From positions 1 to 41,408 of the forward strand of contig JAFLVQ010000003.1 of the NCBI GenBank assembly GCA_022508205.1: a stretch of DNA of 41,408 nt, written 5' to 3'. Shown here in pieces: positions 20,182 through 29,860 of the stretch (position 1 is its first letter; each line of letters opens with the position of its first letter). A program made the translations under genes and the position numbers. Origin of the DNA: Spirochaetales bacterium. GTDB taxonomy: Bacteria > Spirochaetota > GWE2-31-10. Below the pieces are notes generated by a model. The model was given only the letters and a program-made list of their open reading frames with translations. It did no database searches and had not been told where the DNA came from.

Positions 20182-22867
20182 TCTCGTCCTATTGCTGATA
20201 TGTGCGGTGCAGCTGTTTTTTGCCGATGATTTGGAAGATTTTCGCGCAGCTTACGCTTTGTACAAAGACGGATTTTACGATGTCGCCGCAAGAGCTTTCG
20301 AGGAAACTGCGGCGCATTATCCTGCATCGTCGATGTATGATGATATGCTGTACTATCAAGCGATTGCACTGCTGAAACAAAACAAGATAAAGGAATCGTT
20401 GCCGCCGCTGTGGAAACTTTTCAATAAAAAAGATTACAAATATTACAAGGACGTTCTTTATTACCTTTCGCTGAACAACCACATGTTGGAAAATTACGGC
20501 GATTCGGAAAAAGCCGTTGCCCGACTTTTGCCGGTGGAAGAAGATTCGCAGCGTCGCGAGAAACTGCTCTATATTGCAATAAAGAATAATTTTTTGCTTA
20601 AAAAAAAATCGAAATGCTTTGCACTTGCTCAGGAATACGTCGACAATCCGAAGTTCGATACATATCGTGCGGACGTTTTGCGTATGCAGACTGATTTGTA
20701 TTTGCAGGAAGAAGATTATGAAAATGCGCTGATCAGAATGGATTTGCTGCTGCCTTACAATTCGTCACCGGAAGAATTGTCGGTACTGCGTTATAACTAT
20801 CTTTACGCATTGTATATGACAAATCGGGATAAAGACGCGGTGACTTTTTTTGAACACAGCGGTTTTGCTTTTTCGCAGGATTTGTATTTCCTCATGTCGG
20901 ATATTTATTATCGAAGAAAGCAGTTTGATAAGGCTTACGGGCTGCTCGATGAGATTTATAAAAATACAAAACTTGAAGAAGCGGCGCGGCGGCAGGCATT
21001 GATTGATTACGAGTGCGACAGATTCGGCAATGCGTTGACTTTGCTGGAGAATCGTACGAATGAAAATTATCTGCCATTTTTTAAAAGCGATTTGGCATAC
21101 AGAATCGGCAAAAAGGAAAAAAGCCTTTTTTATATTAAAAAAATTGCGCCCGAAAAAATGACGCAGAATGAATTGCAGCTGTATTATCAACTTGCTGCGG
21201 AATTGGAAAAAACAGATGAATATTATGTTTTTATCAAGCAGCCGGATTTATTGAATAAACTTGTAAAAGATGAGCGCAACCTTGTTTTGTATAATCTTGC
21301 GGTTTTTTGTTTTAATGAACAGCAGTATGACGATGCCGGAGTGCTGATGAAACGTTGGCTTGCGGAATTTTCCGGAGACGAACGATACGACAGCGTGCTT
21401 TATATGAGTGGTGTGACGCTGAATCATTTAAAGCGGTATCAAGAAGCGATTATCGAATTTACCAAGCTGCAAAAGTTCAACAAAAAAGACCGTATTTACT
21501 ATGAGTCGATGGTTGATAAAGGCGAAGCGTATTTTCTGCTGCTGGAATACGGAAGCGCCATACGCAGTTATGAAGAGTATCTTGCAAACAATGTAACATC
21601 GGAACGGAAAAAAGAAGCGCAGCTGCAGCTTGGCAATGCGTATTTTAACATCAAGCGTTACGAAAAAGCTTACAAAAATTATCTTAAATACGAAACCGAA
21701 TATGGTCGCAGTGCGATGATAGAACAAAAAATTGCGGAAACACTGTTGAAGAAAAAAGATTTCGGCGAGATTCAAAGTTATTTCGGCAGAAAGCGAAATT
21801 GGGAGCCGTATCCTTTTTTCGTATATTTGTATTCATGTTTTCAACGTGAGGATTATCAGGCTGTAGCTGCACAAAAAAATAATATATTGGACTATAAATC
21901 ATCTTCGTATTATGCGGATATGCTGTATATTTTTGTAATGGCATGTCAAAAAATACAGTCGGAAGATGAGCTTGTGTCGATTTACGAAAGTAATCGCAGT
22001 ATTCTGGATAATGACAGTGACTTGAAAATCAGAAAAGCACTGTTTAAATCTTTTCTTAAAATTCGCCGTATAGACCTTGCGAATGAGTTATTCATGGAAA
22101 AAGACAACGAGCTGCTGTATTTTCTCGGTGATGCTTATGCAAATGCGCTGTGTTTGGATGAAGCGGCATGGCATTTTATTTTACTGTTTGAACGCAATCC
22201 GCAGAATCTCAGTTATCCGCAGATGGTGAAAATTTACAAATTCATGTTTTCCGGAAAAAAGCTCGATGCCGCTTTGGCAGCTGCCGAATATCTTTGCCAG
22301 CTTTTCCCGAATGCGATTGAGCCGCAGCTTTATCGTTTCAATGTATTGTATTACGCAAATGACAGTGAGAAAATCAATCGGATGATGATAACGGATTCGC
22401 TGAAAGCTCGTGATTCGCTTTTTTATTCATTTGCATCGTATTCTGTCGAGTATTTGCAGAATCAAAATACCAAAAGTTATTTAAAAAATCTTCAGTCACT
22501 GCTTGATAAGGTTGATATTGACAAACCTGTTGTGCGTGAGATTGTGCGGATGATAATAGAAATCAGCCTGCGTACCGAAAATTACAAAACCGCAGCTTCT
22601 GTTTTGAATAAAATTCCGTCATCAAAAATGAATCATCTTGATGCCGAGATTCGGTACAACGAAGCGATTCTTTACGAAAAAAGCGGGAATCAAGACAAAG
22701 CGGTGGATTTGCTGCTGAAAATTTTCTATTTGTATCCGTCGGACGTGTTTTGGGTGGAAAAAAGCATTCGCGAAGTACTGCGAATCTATGAAGAACGCGG
22801 GGAAACGGAACGCAGCAGCCGAATAATCAAGATGTTTGAGGAAAAATATTTCCGTATGGATAAATGA
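20159..22867 (+). CDS. Exported tetratricopeptide-repeat protein
   Basis: Signal peptide and many TPR-like repeats (e.g. [22 protein letters not shown]). Overlaps the clpC end by 23 nt. Confidence 0.8.
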   Translation: MKTKKKGSLVLLLICAVQLFFADDLEDFRAAYALYKDGFYDVAARAFEETAAHYPASSMYDDMLYYQAIALLKQNKIKESLPPLWKLFNKKDYKYYKDVLYYLSLNNHMLENYGDSEKAVARLLPVEEDSQRREKLLYIAIKNNFLLKKKSKCFALAQEYVDNPKFDTYRADVLRMQTDLYLQEEDYENALIRMDLLLPYNSSPEELSVLRYNYLYALYMTNRDKDAVTFFEHSGFAFSQDLYFLMSDIYYRRKQFDKAYGLLDEIYKNTKLEEAARRQALIDYECDRFGNALTLLENRTNENYLPFFKSDLAYRIGKKEKSLFYIKKIAPEKMTQNELQLYYQLAAELEKTDEYYVFIKQPDLLNKLVKDERNLVLYNLAVFCFNEQQYDDAGVLMKRWLAEFSGDERYDSVLYMSGVTLNHLKRYQEAIIEFTKLQKFNKKDRIYYESMVDKGEAYFLLLEYGSAIRSYEEYLANNVTSERKKEAQLQLGNAYFNIKRYEKAYKNYLKYETEYGRSAMIEQKIAETLLKKKDFGEIQSYFGRKRNWEPYPFFVYLYSCFQREDYQAVAAQKNNILDYKSSSYYADMLYIFVMACQKIQSEDELVSIYESNRSILDNDSDLKIRKALFKSFLKIRRIDLANELFMEKDNELLYFLGDAYANALCLDEAAWHFILLFERNPQNLSYPQMVKIYKFMFSGKKLDAALAAAEYLCQLFPNAIEPQLYRFNVLYYANDSEKINRMMITDSLKARDSLFYSFASYSVEYLQNQNTKSYLKNLQSLLDKVDIDKPVVREIVRMIIEISLRTENYKTAASVLNKIPSSKMNHLDAEIRYNEAILYEKSGNQDKAVDLLLKIFYLYPSDVFWVEKSIREVLRIYEERGETERSSRIIKMFEEKYFRMDK

Positions 22868-23126
22868 GGAAGTCTCAGTTTTTGTCAATGATTTCCGACA
22901 ATGTCGATTCTGCAAAATCCTTGTAAGCTGTGCTTATTGCCTGTTTTACTTATTCCGAAACGCAAAATGAAGTCGGAATCGGCATAAATAAATGATAAAT
23001 ATCGATATGTAATACTTCCGAAATCTGTGATAACGTTTTCTCACTGGGGCAAGCGCGGGAAAATTCTATATTTTTTATTGTTTTTCCCACCAATCAGTTC
23101 CGCTGTGGAACATGGGCTTGATCGAA

Positions 23127-23162
23127 AGACCGTAATTCCATTATGGAATTGCGGTCTGACAC
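23127..23162. repeat. REP-like palindrome, copy C (possible terminator of the minus-strand operon)
   Basis: AGACCGTAATTCCA-TTA-TGGAATTGCGGTCT-GACAC, 3 bp from the stop codon at 23166. Confidence 0.72.
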
Positions 23163-23165
23163 TTG

Positions 23166-23648
23166 TTAAAACTTGTACCCGAATTTTTTCAATAATTCCC
23201 GACGGGCTTTTTTATCGGAATCATTTTCTGTGCCTTTCGGAGAAACTCCGTCTATCACGCCGATAATTCCGGCACCGCCGTTTGCTTCTGCGGTCAGAAT
23301 TGTAACGGGATTTGCAGTAGCACAAAAAATTCTCGCAACTTCGTCACAATTTTTTATTTTTGCCATGACTTGAATCGGAAATGCATTTTTCAGCAGTATT
23401 ACAAATGTGTGACCGGCGGCAGTTTCATTCATCATCTCGACAGCTTTTTTTTCAAGCTCATTATCATTACTTTGATAACGGACTAAAGCCTCGCCCGATG
23501 CTTCATTAAAAGCAATCGCATATTTAGCCTGAGGGATGCTTGCTGCCACAATTTCTGCCAAATCGTCGACGGTTTTGATAAAGTGGCTCTGTCCCCAAAT
23601 CATATTGATTTCTCCGCCGAGGTCAAAAAAATGCGTTTTAATTTCCAT
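23166..23648 (-). CDS. Adenosine-specific kinase family protein (DUF355)
   Basis: GQSHFIKT, AFNEASG, AGHTF, FCATANP, GVIDG..PKG.E, LLKKFGYK. Confidence 0.85.
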   Translation of the reverse strand: MEIKTHFFDLGGEINMIWGQSHFIKTVDDLAEIVAASIPQAKYAIAFNEASGEALVRYQSNDNELEKKAVEMMNETAAGHTFVILLKNAFPIQVMAKIKNCDEVARIFCATANPVTILTAEANGGAGIIGVIDGVSPKGTENDSDKKARRELLKKFGYKF

Positions 23649-23660
23649 GATAGTAACTCC

Positions 23661-25361
23661 TTATTGCTTTTTATAACGCAGCATATTTTCAAGAATTTTC
23701 CGCTGCGGATTATTTGCAGCTGAGTAATGCACAATATGTATATTTTTGCGCTGCACATTTTTTCCGCTTACAAACATTGCCGTAGAAATTGTCTGCGGTG
23801 TGGGCGTAAAATCTTGATACTGCCTCGTACTGATGTTGTACTTTAACAAAAAATTGCCGACTGCACGAGCACTGTCGTTTGTGCTGCCCGGATGCGATAG
23901 AATTAAATACGGCAAAATATAAAAATTCAAATGATTCTTCTTTTTAATTTGTTCAAAAAAATCAATAAACCGTATAAATTCCTTTGCCGGTGGTTTTCGC
24001 ATAAGCTGCAAAATGTCATCGCAGAAATGTTCCGGTGCAATCTTCAAATGACCGGAAGTAAAATTACAGATTATTTTTTCGGCAGCGGCTTGCTCTTCCA
24101 ATGCCATGTCATAGCGAATCCCCGAATTTACGAATACGTGCTTTACTTCGGGAAGTCCTTTGATTTTAAACAGTAAATCGGCGTAACTCTTTTGGTTCAT
24201 CTGTAAATTGGAGCAAGGTGACGGGAAAAGGCACTTCGGGTCTTTGCAGCCGCCGACTTTGCAGACCGACGCATACATATTTGCCGTAGGACCGCCGACA
24301 TCGGTAATTGTTCCGTGAAAATTTTTCAGTTCTGCGATTTTTTTTACTTCCGCAATGATTGATTTTTCGCTTCTTCTGCTTATGATCGGCCCCTGATGCG
24401 AAGCTATTGCGCAGAAGCTGCAGCGTCCAAAGCAGCCGCGATGTGACGTTACCGAGTGCTGAATCATCTTCCACGCCGGAACCCGTTCGCAGTATTCCGG
24501 GTAATTGCGTCTGTACGGCAGCGAGTAAACGGCATCCATTTCATCTTGAGTCAGCAGCGGCTGCGGTCTGAAAGATGCAACAATATTATTTCCGTCTTGC
24601 TGATAAAGCCCGCTGGCTGTTTCATGCACCATATTGGCTTCTATTAGCGACGTTGCGGTCAACAGTTTTTCTTTATTATCGATAATTTCTTCGTACGACG
24701 GAAGCCTAAGCAAATTGTTGCATTCTTCCGGTTTGATTTTAATGACGGTACCTTCGATTCCTTTTAAATTCTGGTGAGTTTTAATGCGGTGAGCAATTTC
24801 CGTCATTGATTTTTCACCCATTCCGTAGCTGATAATGTCCGCTTTGCTGTCAATCAAAATGGAATGGCGGATTTTATCCTGAACATAATCGTAATGTGCG
24901 AAACGACGCAGCGAAGCTTCAAGCCCTCCCAGTACAATAGGAATATTTTTGTAGCGCTGTTTTAAAAAAGATGTGTACACAATTGTTGCTCTGTCCGGTC
25001 GTTTTTGGTGTCCGTCGGGGAAGAGAGGATTTGCGTCAATGGAAAAATCATCGGTTTTTCTTCTGCTGCGAGTTCCGGTGTAATTGTTTACAACACTGTC
25101 GATGTTTCCGGCTGTTATGCCGATGAAAAGCCGAACTTCCGGTAAAATATGTAAAGTCTGCACGTTTCTGTAGTCCGGCTGGCTCCAAATTGCCACACTG
25201 TAACCTTCATTTTCCAAAACACGCGCGATTATTGCAATTCCGAATGAAGGATGATCCAAATACGCATCGCCTGTAACGAGCAGAATATCGACAGTCTGAA
25301 GATATTTTTTTGTTTCCGGTAGAAAAAAAAGATTATCGGCAGGATTGTCGTCGCTTATCAA
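23661..25361 (-). CDS. YgiQ-family radical SAM protein
   Basis: VTGDAYLDHPSFG, GGLEASLRRFAHYDY, HRGCFGRCSFC, DVGGPTANMY, SGIRYD, LKIAPEH, QDFTPTP. TTG start behind GGAG. Confidence 0.9.
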   Translation of the reverse strand: MISDDNPADNLFFLPETKKYLQTVDILLVTGDAYLDHPSFGIAIIARVLENEGYSVAIWSQPDYRNVQTLHILPEVRLFIGITAGNIDSVVNNYTGTRSRRKTDDFSIDANPLFPDGHQKRPDRATIVYTSFLKQRYKNIPIVLGGLEASLRRFAHYDYVQDKIRHSILIDSKADIISYGMGEKSMTEIAHRIKTHQNLKGIEGTVIKIKPEECNNLLRLPSYEEIIDNKEKLLTATSLIEANMVHETASGLYQQDGNNIVASFRPQPLLTQDEMDAVYSLPYRRNYPEYCERVPAWKMIQHSVTSHRGCFGRCSFCAIASHQGPIISRRSEKSIIAEVKKIAELKNFHGTITDVGGPTANMYASVCKVGGCKDPKCLFPSPCSNLQMNQKSYADLLFKIKGLPEVKHVFVNSGIRYDMALEEQAAAEKIICNFTSGHLKIAPEHFCDDILQLMRKPPAKEFIRFIDFFEQIKKKNHLNFYILPYLILSHPGSTNDSARAVGNFLLKYNISTRQYQDFTPTPQTISTAMFVSGKNVQRKNIHIVHYSAANNPQRKILENMLRYKKQ

Positions 25362-25405
25362 TTTACATATCTCCCATACTTTCAGCTCTTTTGCTTACAA
25401 ACAAG

Positions 25406-26707
25406 CTATGAATTAATAAACTCGACCATTTTATCACGAATTAAGCAAAATATTTTTCTGCGCTTTTCATTGTCTTCTTCCAATGATGTAAGGCGAATTC
25501 CATTGATTTTGGAATAAAAACTTGTCAGCGGAACTGTTATGATTCCCGTAGAACCAAGTAGGTAATAAACAAAACGCTTGTCATCCGCAATTTTACCTCT
25601 GCATAATTTTTCGATTTCTTCCTTTATAATAGGGTTTTCGATTGGTAATGTTTTGCTTTTATCAAGGATGCCGTCTTCAAACAACACCGTCATATAAAAT
25701 GCTCCGCGCGGCTGGATAAATTTAATGCCTTTTGTCGAACCGAAAATTTCTTTGGCTTCATTTGCGCGGTGTTCAAACTTATCTACGCGCATTTTCAGGT
25801 GTGACGGATAATTTTTGTGTCCCATTATAATCGGGATAGATTTTTGGGGCAAAGTTGTAGAACATACTTCCAACCGTTTAGCTTTTAATATCGTTTCGAT
25901 ATATTTTGCGAACTGAGGATCTTTGTTTTTATTGTAGACTTCCATCCAACCGCATCGGGAACCCGGCCAAGGATATTCTTTACTGATGCCTTTAATGCTG
26001 ATTCCGCAGGCGTCACCTATTACTTCGGCAAGTTTCACAGGTTCACCGTTTGAATATACCAATTCATTATAAATTTCATCGCAAATTACAAACAGATCGA
26101 GTTCGCGCGCAATTTCACAGATACGTTTTAAATTTGCTTTGGAAATAGTTGCACCGGTGGGATTGTGAGGATTTATGATTAAAATTCCGGCAATCGAATC
26201 GTTATACTTTGCTTTATTGTAAATTTCATCGACATCGGGTTCCCAATTGTTGTTTGGGTCGAGTCGGTAGGTAAGATGTTCGTATCCGGAATGAGATGCC
26301 TCTGCCGATGAATGAGATGAGTATGCCGGAGTCGGTCCTATTACACGCGCTTCTCTTTTTAAATGACCGAAAATTTTTGCGACGGCATCTCCGAGTCCGT
26401 TGAAAAAATAAATATCATCGGCCGTAATTTTGCACCCGTTCAGTGCATTTACTTTTGCAGCAAGAAATTCCCTCGTTGCAAGAACGCCCTGTGTGTTGCA
26501 GTATGCCCATGTTTCGTCTTTATCAATCAATTTTTTTATTTCTTCTTTTATCCACGGAGCGACTTTTTCCCCTTTTGCTATGGGATCTCCGATGTTTTCG
26601 TATGTCAATTTCAAGCCTAATTTCTCAAGTTTTTCGGCTATTACTACAATTTCGCGAATTTCGTATGAAAGTGAATCGGCTCCTGCCGGTACAATGTCTC
26701 TTCTCAT
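25406..26707 (-). CDS. PLP-dependent class I/II aminotransferase (AlaA-like)
   Basis: YEIR, ENIGDP, INPHNPTG, DEIY, GISKEYPWPGSRCGW. Confidence 0.88.
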   Translation of the reverse strand: MRRDIVPAGADSLSYEIREIVVIAEKLEKLGLKLTYENIGDPIAKGEKVAPWIKEEIKKLIDKDETWAYCNTQGVLATREFLAAKVNALNGCKITADDIYFFNGLGDAVAKIFGHLKREARVIGPTPAYSSHSSAEASHSGYEHLTYRLDPNNNWEPDVDEIYNKAKYNDSIAGILIINPHNPTGATISKANLKRICEIARELDLFVICDEIYNELVYSNGEPVKLAEVIGDACGISIKGISKEYPWPGSRCGWMEVYNKNKDPQFAKYIETILKAKRLEVCSTTLPQKSIPIIMGHKNYPSHLKMRVDKFEHRANEAKEIFGSTKGIKFIQPRGAFYMTVLFEDGILDKSKTLPIENPIIKEEIEKLCRGKIADDKRFVYYLLGSTGIITVPLTSFYSKINGIRLTSLEEDNEKRRKIFCLIRDKMVEFINS

Positions 26708-26785
26708 GTAAGAGCCCCCTGCTTATCTCAGAATTGATAAACTCGCCAGTCGTTATAATCGAAAATTATTATGATGTAAAGGCTT

Positions 26786-26838
26786 TGCAGGGGACAGGCC
26801 CTAATGCCAAGTTGGAATACAGGTCTGTTCCCATTGCA
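26786..26838. repeat. REP-like palindrome, copy D
   Basis: TGCAGGGGACAGGCC-CTAATGCCAAGTTGGAATAC-AGGTCTGTTCCCATTGCA. Confidence 0.75.
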
Positions 26839-26927
26839 CAATGAACAACCTACCGGCAGTGCTTAAATTCCAAAATAGAATGGGAATATCGATAAAAGCA
26901 CAATTAGTTTAATATATAATTAAATTG

Positions 26928-26956
26928 TTGACTTATTTTTTTTTTTTTTTTACAAC
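26928..26956 (+). promoter_or_regulatory. Candidate promoter with a T16 tract filling the -35/-10 spacer
   Basis: TTGACT (26928-33), TA, T16 (26936-51). The -10 at 17 bp is the imperfect TACAAC. Confidence 0.45.
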
Positions 26957-26989
26957 CTCATAAATTATTATTATATGGAGGTCATTAAT

Positions 26990-27307
26990 ATGACAAAAAA
27001 ATTTTTTAGTGCTTTGGTAGTATTGAGTATTGCGGCAATGATGTTTTTAAGCAGCTGTACCGCTGCAGGTGTGGAATGCGGTTTGATTGGAAAATGGGAG
27101 TATAAAGAAGGGTTTGTTACAACAACAGTTGAAATCACAAACGACGACAAATGTAAAATTGACGGTGTTGAATTTGAGGTTGAATCAGTAGACGATCATG
27201 TAATTAAAATCAAAAATTCTGGTTCTGTAGAATATAAGAATTTAGGTTGCGATTCTGTTGAATTTAAAGTAGGCGGTGCTTGGTTTGAATTTTCCAAAGT
27301 TAATTAA
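26990..27307 (+). CDS. Small hypothetical lipoprotein (beta-rich, lipocalin-like 'LIGKW' start)
   Basis: SD GGAGGT, MTKKFF...FLSSC lipobox, two further Cys residues. Confidence 0.75.
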   Translation: MTKKFFSALVVLSIAAMMFLSSCTAAGVECGLIGKWEYKEGFVTTTVEITNDDKCKIDGVEFEVESVDDHVIKIKNSGSVEYKNLGCDSVEFKVGGAWFEFSKVN

Positions 27308-27333
27308 TCTGCATTTGTAGAAGAGTTATTTGC

Positions 27334-27380
27334 AAAGTGTCAGACCTCAATTCCAAGTCGGAATACAGGTCTGACACTTT
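27334..27380. repeat. REP-like palindrome, copy E (possible bidirectional terminator)
   Basis: AAAGTGTCAGACCT-CAATTCCAAGTCGGAATAC-AGGTCTGACACTTT with perfect 14-bp arms, between convergent genes. Confidence 0.85.
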
Positions 27381-27398
27381 TTTTGTTACTTGCGGCGA

Positions 27399-27791
27399 TT
27401 ATTCGTTTAACAATCTCTTCTCCGAATGTTCCATTATTTTGTCATAATGCTCTATTTTATACTTCAGCCGCTCGGCACCTTTTCGCATCGCTTCTATTCT
27501 ATCCAACAGAGCTTCATATTCTTTCGTTAATATAGCTTTTCTTGCTTCCCGAGTGGACACTCCCTGCGAAAAGAGCGATATATATTCCACAAGAGATTCG
27601 ACCGGAATCATTGCTTCGCGCATGCATTTGATGAACTCAATCCAGTTTAAATCTTTTTCCTGATAATCTCGCAGTCCGCTTGATGTGCGAGTTACCATTG
27701 GAAGAAGTCCGATTCTTTCATAATAACGCAGGGTATCCGTACTCAAACCACATTTTTTTGCAACTTCGGAAATTGTCACTTTTCTCTCCAA
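27399..27791 (-). CDS. MerR-family regulator, AdhR/NmlR clade
   Basis: TLRYYERIGL, SGLRDY and WIEFIKCMR with the clade's conserved sensing Cys. TTG start. Confidence 0.9.
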   Translation of the reverse strand: MERKVTISEVAKKCGLSTDTLRYYERIGLLPMVTRTSSGLRDYQEKDLNWIEFIKCMREAMIPVESLVEYISLFSQGVSTREARKAILTKEYEALLDRIEAMRKGAERLKYKIEHYDKIMEHSEKRLLNE

Positions 27792-27839
27792 ATTGTTTAT
27801 TTAAAAAGCATTGCTTATACAACGAATTATCGATTTAAA

Positions 27840-27878
27840 AAATCATAAATTATGATTCAAAATCATAATTTATGATTT
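27840..27878. promoter_or_regulatory. Double palindrome (two self-complementary 17-mers), candidate operator
   Basis: AATCATAAATTATGATT-CAA-AATCATAATTTATGATT. Confidence 0.6.
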
Positions 27879-28002
27879 ATTTATTGATATATCTATAATC
27901 AAGCAGATTCTGTTGAATTCATTTGTGTATACAGTATAGACTGTATTTGAAAATAACTGAAATGATTTGTGGTTTTGTTCGATAAAAAAGGCAGTATCCA
28001 AA

Positions 28003-28665
28003 ATGAAAAATTTAAAAATCGGAATTCCCCTGTATTTTGCGGGACTTTTCATTATGACAATCGGCATATCATTGTCTGTCAAATCCGATCTCGGAGTTTC
28101 TCCTCTGAGTACGATTCCGTATACTATGACATGCGTTTGGGGGATCGAAATGGGAAACGCCACTATTATCTTTCACTGCGTACTTGTGTTGATTCAGCTG
28201 ATAGTTTTGCGAAAAGATTTCAGTCTGCTGATTCTTCTTCAAATTCCGGTTGGAATTGTATTCGGAAAATGTACTACTTTTTGCAATTACCTCGTCTCGT
28301 TTCTTCCTGATGTGCAAAATATTCCGATTAGGCTGTTGATGATTATCGCAAGCTGCGTTCTTGTGGCATTGGGAATTTTTTTGTATGTACCGACAAATAT
28401 CGTTCCGCTTGCCGGTGAAGGCTGCATGACGGCTGTTTCACGCGTCGCGGGAATTGAATTTTCAAAGGTAAAAATCGTGTTTGACTGTTTGATGGTATGT
28501 ATATCGGCAGCAGTGAGTCTTATTACGATACACGAATGGGCAAGTGTCGGTGTCGGAACCGTAATTGCGGCAATTCTTGTCGGCATTATTTTGGGATTTA
28601 TGGTAAGAAAATTCGGCCCTATTCGCGACCGTATTCTTGGGTACGCGCAATTCTCGGATATGTAA
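28003..28665 (+). CDS. YczE/YyaS/YitT-like (DUF6198) membrane protein
   Basis: GLFIMTIGI, SDLGVSPLSTIPY, QIPVGIVFG, KIVFD, VGVGTVIAA. Multi-TM. Likely start ATG 28003. Confidence 0.8.
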   Translation: MKNLKIGIPLYFAGLFIMTIGISLSVKSDLGVSPLSTIPYTMTCVWGIEMGNATIIFHCVLVLIQLIVLRKDFSLLILLQIPVGIVFGKCTTFCNYLVSFLPDVQNIPIRLLMIIASCVLVALGIFLYVPTNIVPLAGEGCMTAVSRVAGIEFSKVKIVFDCLMVCISAAVSLITIHEWASVGVGTVIAAILVGIILGFMVRKFGPIRDRILGYAQFSDM

Positions 28666-28695
28666 TCAATCGAATAAAAATTTACAAAAAAAACC

Positions 28696-28726
28696 TTGAC
28701 TTGGAGTTTACTCTAAATTGTAGACT
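28696..28726 (+). promoter_or_regulatory. MerR-type promoter with AdhR/NmlR-like operator
   Basis: TTGACT-19 bp-TAGACT, with the dyad TTGGAGT-TT-ACTCTAA in the spacer. Confidence 0.85.
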
Positions 28727-28771
28727 CGCCCTGTTAAAACAAAAACAGAACAAATTAATTGGAGGCATGAC

Positions 28772-29845
28772 ATGAAGTCATTAAAGAAAATCTCAAAACT
28801 GGGATTGGCAATTTTATTTACCGGAATTGCATTTTCCGCAATCGCTGCGGATAGTTCCAAATCGGCAAAAAAGGCTTTATCAGCAAAGGCGATGAAGGAC
28901 GATCACTATACTTTCGAGCTTGCCGATAATGTTGTCCGAACACGCGTAGCTTTTCACAACAGATTCGGAGTTACGCTTGTCGGAGATTTGTATACTCCGA
29001 AAAACGCATCAGGCAAAATGCCCGGAATTGCAGTTGCCGGACCGTTTGGAGCTGTAAAAGAACAGGCTTCCGGACTTTATGCCAATCAATTGGCTTCACG
29101 CGGATTTGTGACATTGGCGTTTGACCCGTCTTTTACCGGAGATTCAGGCGGTGATGTTCGCGATGTCGCTTCATTTGATATAAATACCGATGATTTTTCC
29201 GCTGCCGTAGATTATCTTTCCACTTACGGCGGAGTTGATCCCGAAAAAATCGGAGCAGTGGGAATTTGCGGCTGGGGCGGATTTGTGCTGAATACGGCTG
29301 CGATCGACACAAGAATCAAAGCAACTGCGGCAATTACAATGTACGATATGCACCGAATATCGGCTAACGGGTACGATGATGTAAATGACAATGAGGCTTC
29401 TCGTGCGGCAGTAAAGAAAGCTCTGAATGAAATAAGAACAAATGACTATGCACAAAACAAAGTTACATTTGCCGGCGGAAATCCGGAAACGCTTACCGGT
29501 GATGAACCGCAGTTTATGAAAGAATACTGGGAATATTATAAAACTCCGCGCGGTTATCATAAAAATTCCGTAAATTCAAACGGCGGCTGGAGAAGCACTT
29601 CTGCACTTTCACTTATTAATACGCCGATTCTTGCCTATATCGATGAAATCGAGAACCCGGTTATCATTATCCACGGTGAAAATGCGCATTCCCGATATAT
29701 GGGGGAAACTGCGTTCGGCAAACTGAAAGGCGACAACAAAGAACTTCTTATTGTCCCAGATGCCAATCACACTGATTTGTACGATAATATGGAAAAAATT
29801 CCGTTTGATAAAATTACAGACTTTTTTAAAACGAATTTGAAATAA
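28772..29845 (+). CDS. Alpha/beta hydrolase (YcjY-like, Cys nucleophile) with signal peptide
   Basis: GPFGAVKEQ, AFDPSFTGDSGG, GICGWGG, HTDLYD. N-terminal Sec-like signal ending AIA. Confidence 0.85.
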   Translation: MKSLKKISKLGLAILFTGIAFSAIAADSSKSAKKALSAKAMKDDHYTFELADNVVRTRVAFHNRFGVTLVGDLYTPKNASGKMPGIAVAGPFGAVKEQASGLYANQLASRGFVTLAFDPSFTGDSGGDVRDVASFDINTDDFSAAVDYLSTYGGVDPEKIGAVGICGWGGFVLNTAAIDTRIKATAAITMYDMHRISANGYDDVNDNEASRAAVKKALNEIRTNDYAQNKVTFAGGNPETLTGDEPQFMKEYWEYYKTPRGYHKNSVNSNGGWRSTSALSLINTPILAYIDEIENPVIIIHGENAHSRYMGETAFGKLKGDNKELLIVPDANHTDLYDNMEKIPFDKITDFFKTNLK

Positions 29846-29860
29846 TTTTTGGAGGTAAAC

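Noticed and set aside
22868-23126. ncRNA or small gene in the gap between convergent operons
   Set aside because: Only weak hairpins, with no recognisable RNA family or credible ORF. An Rfam scan would be needed.
6884-27380. Palindromic repeats as a CRISPR array
   Set aside because: Copies are dispersed 0.5-15 kb apart with no regular spacers and no cas genes.
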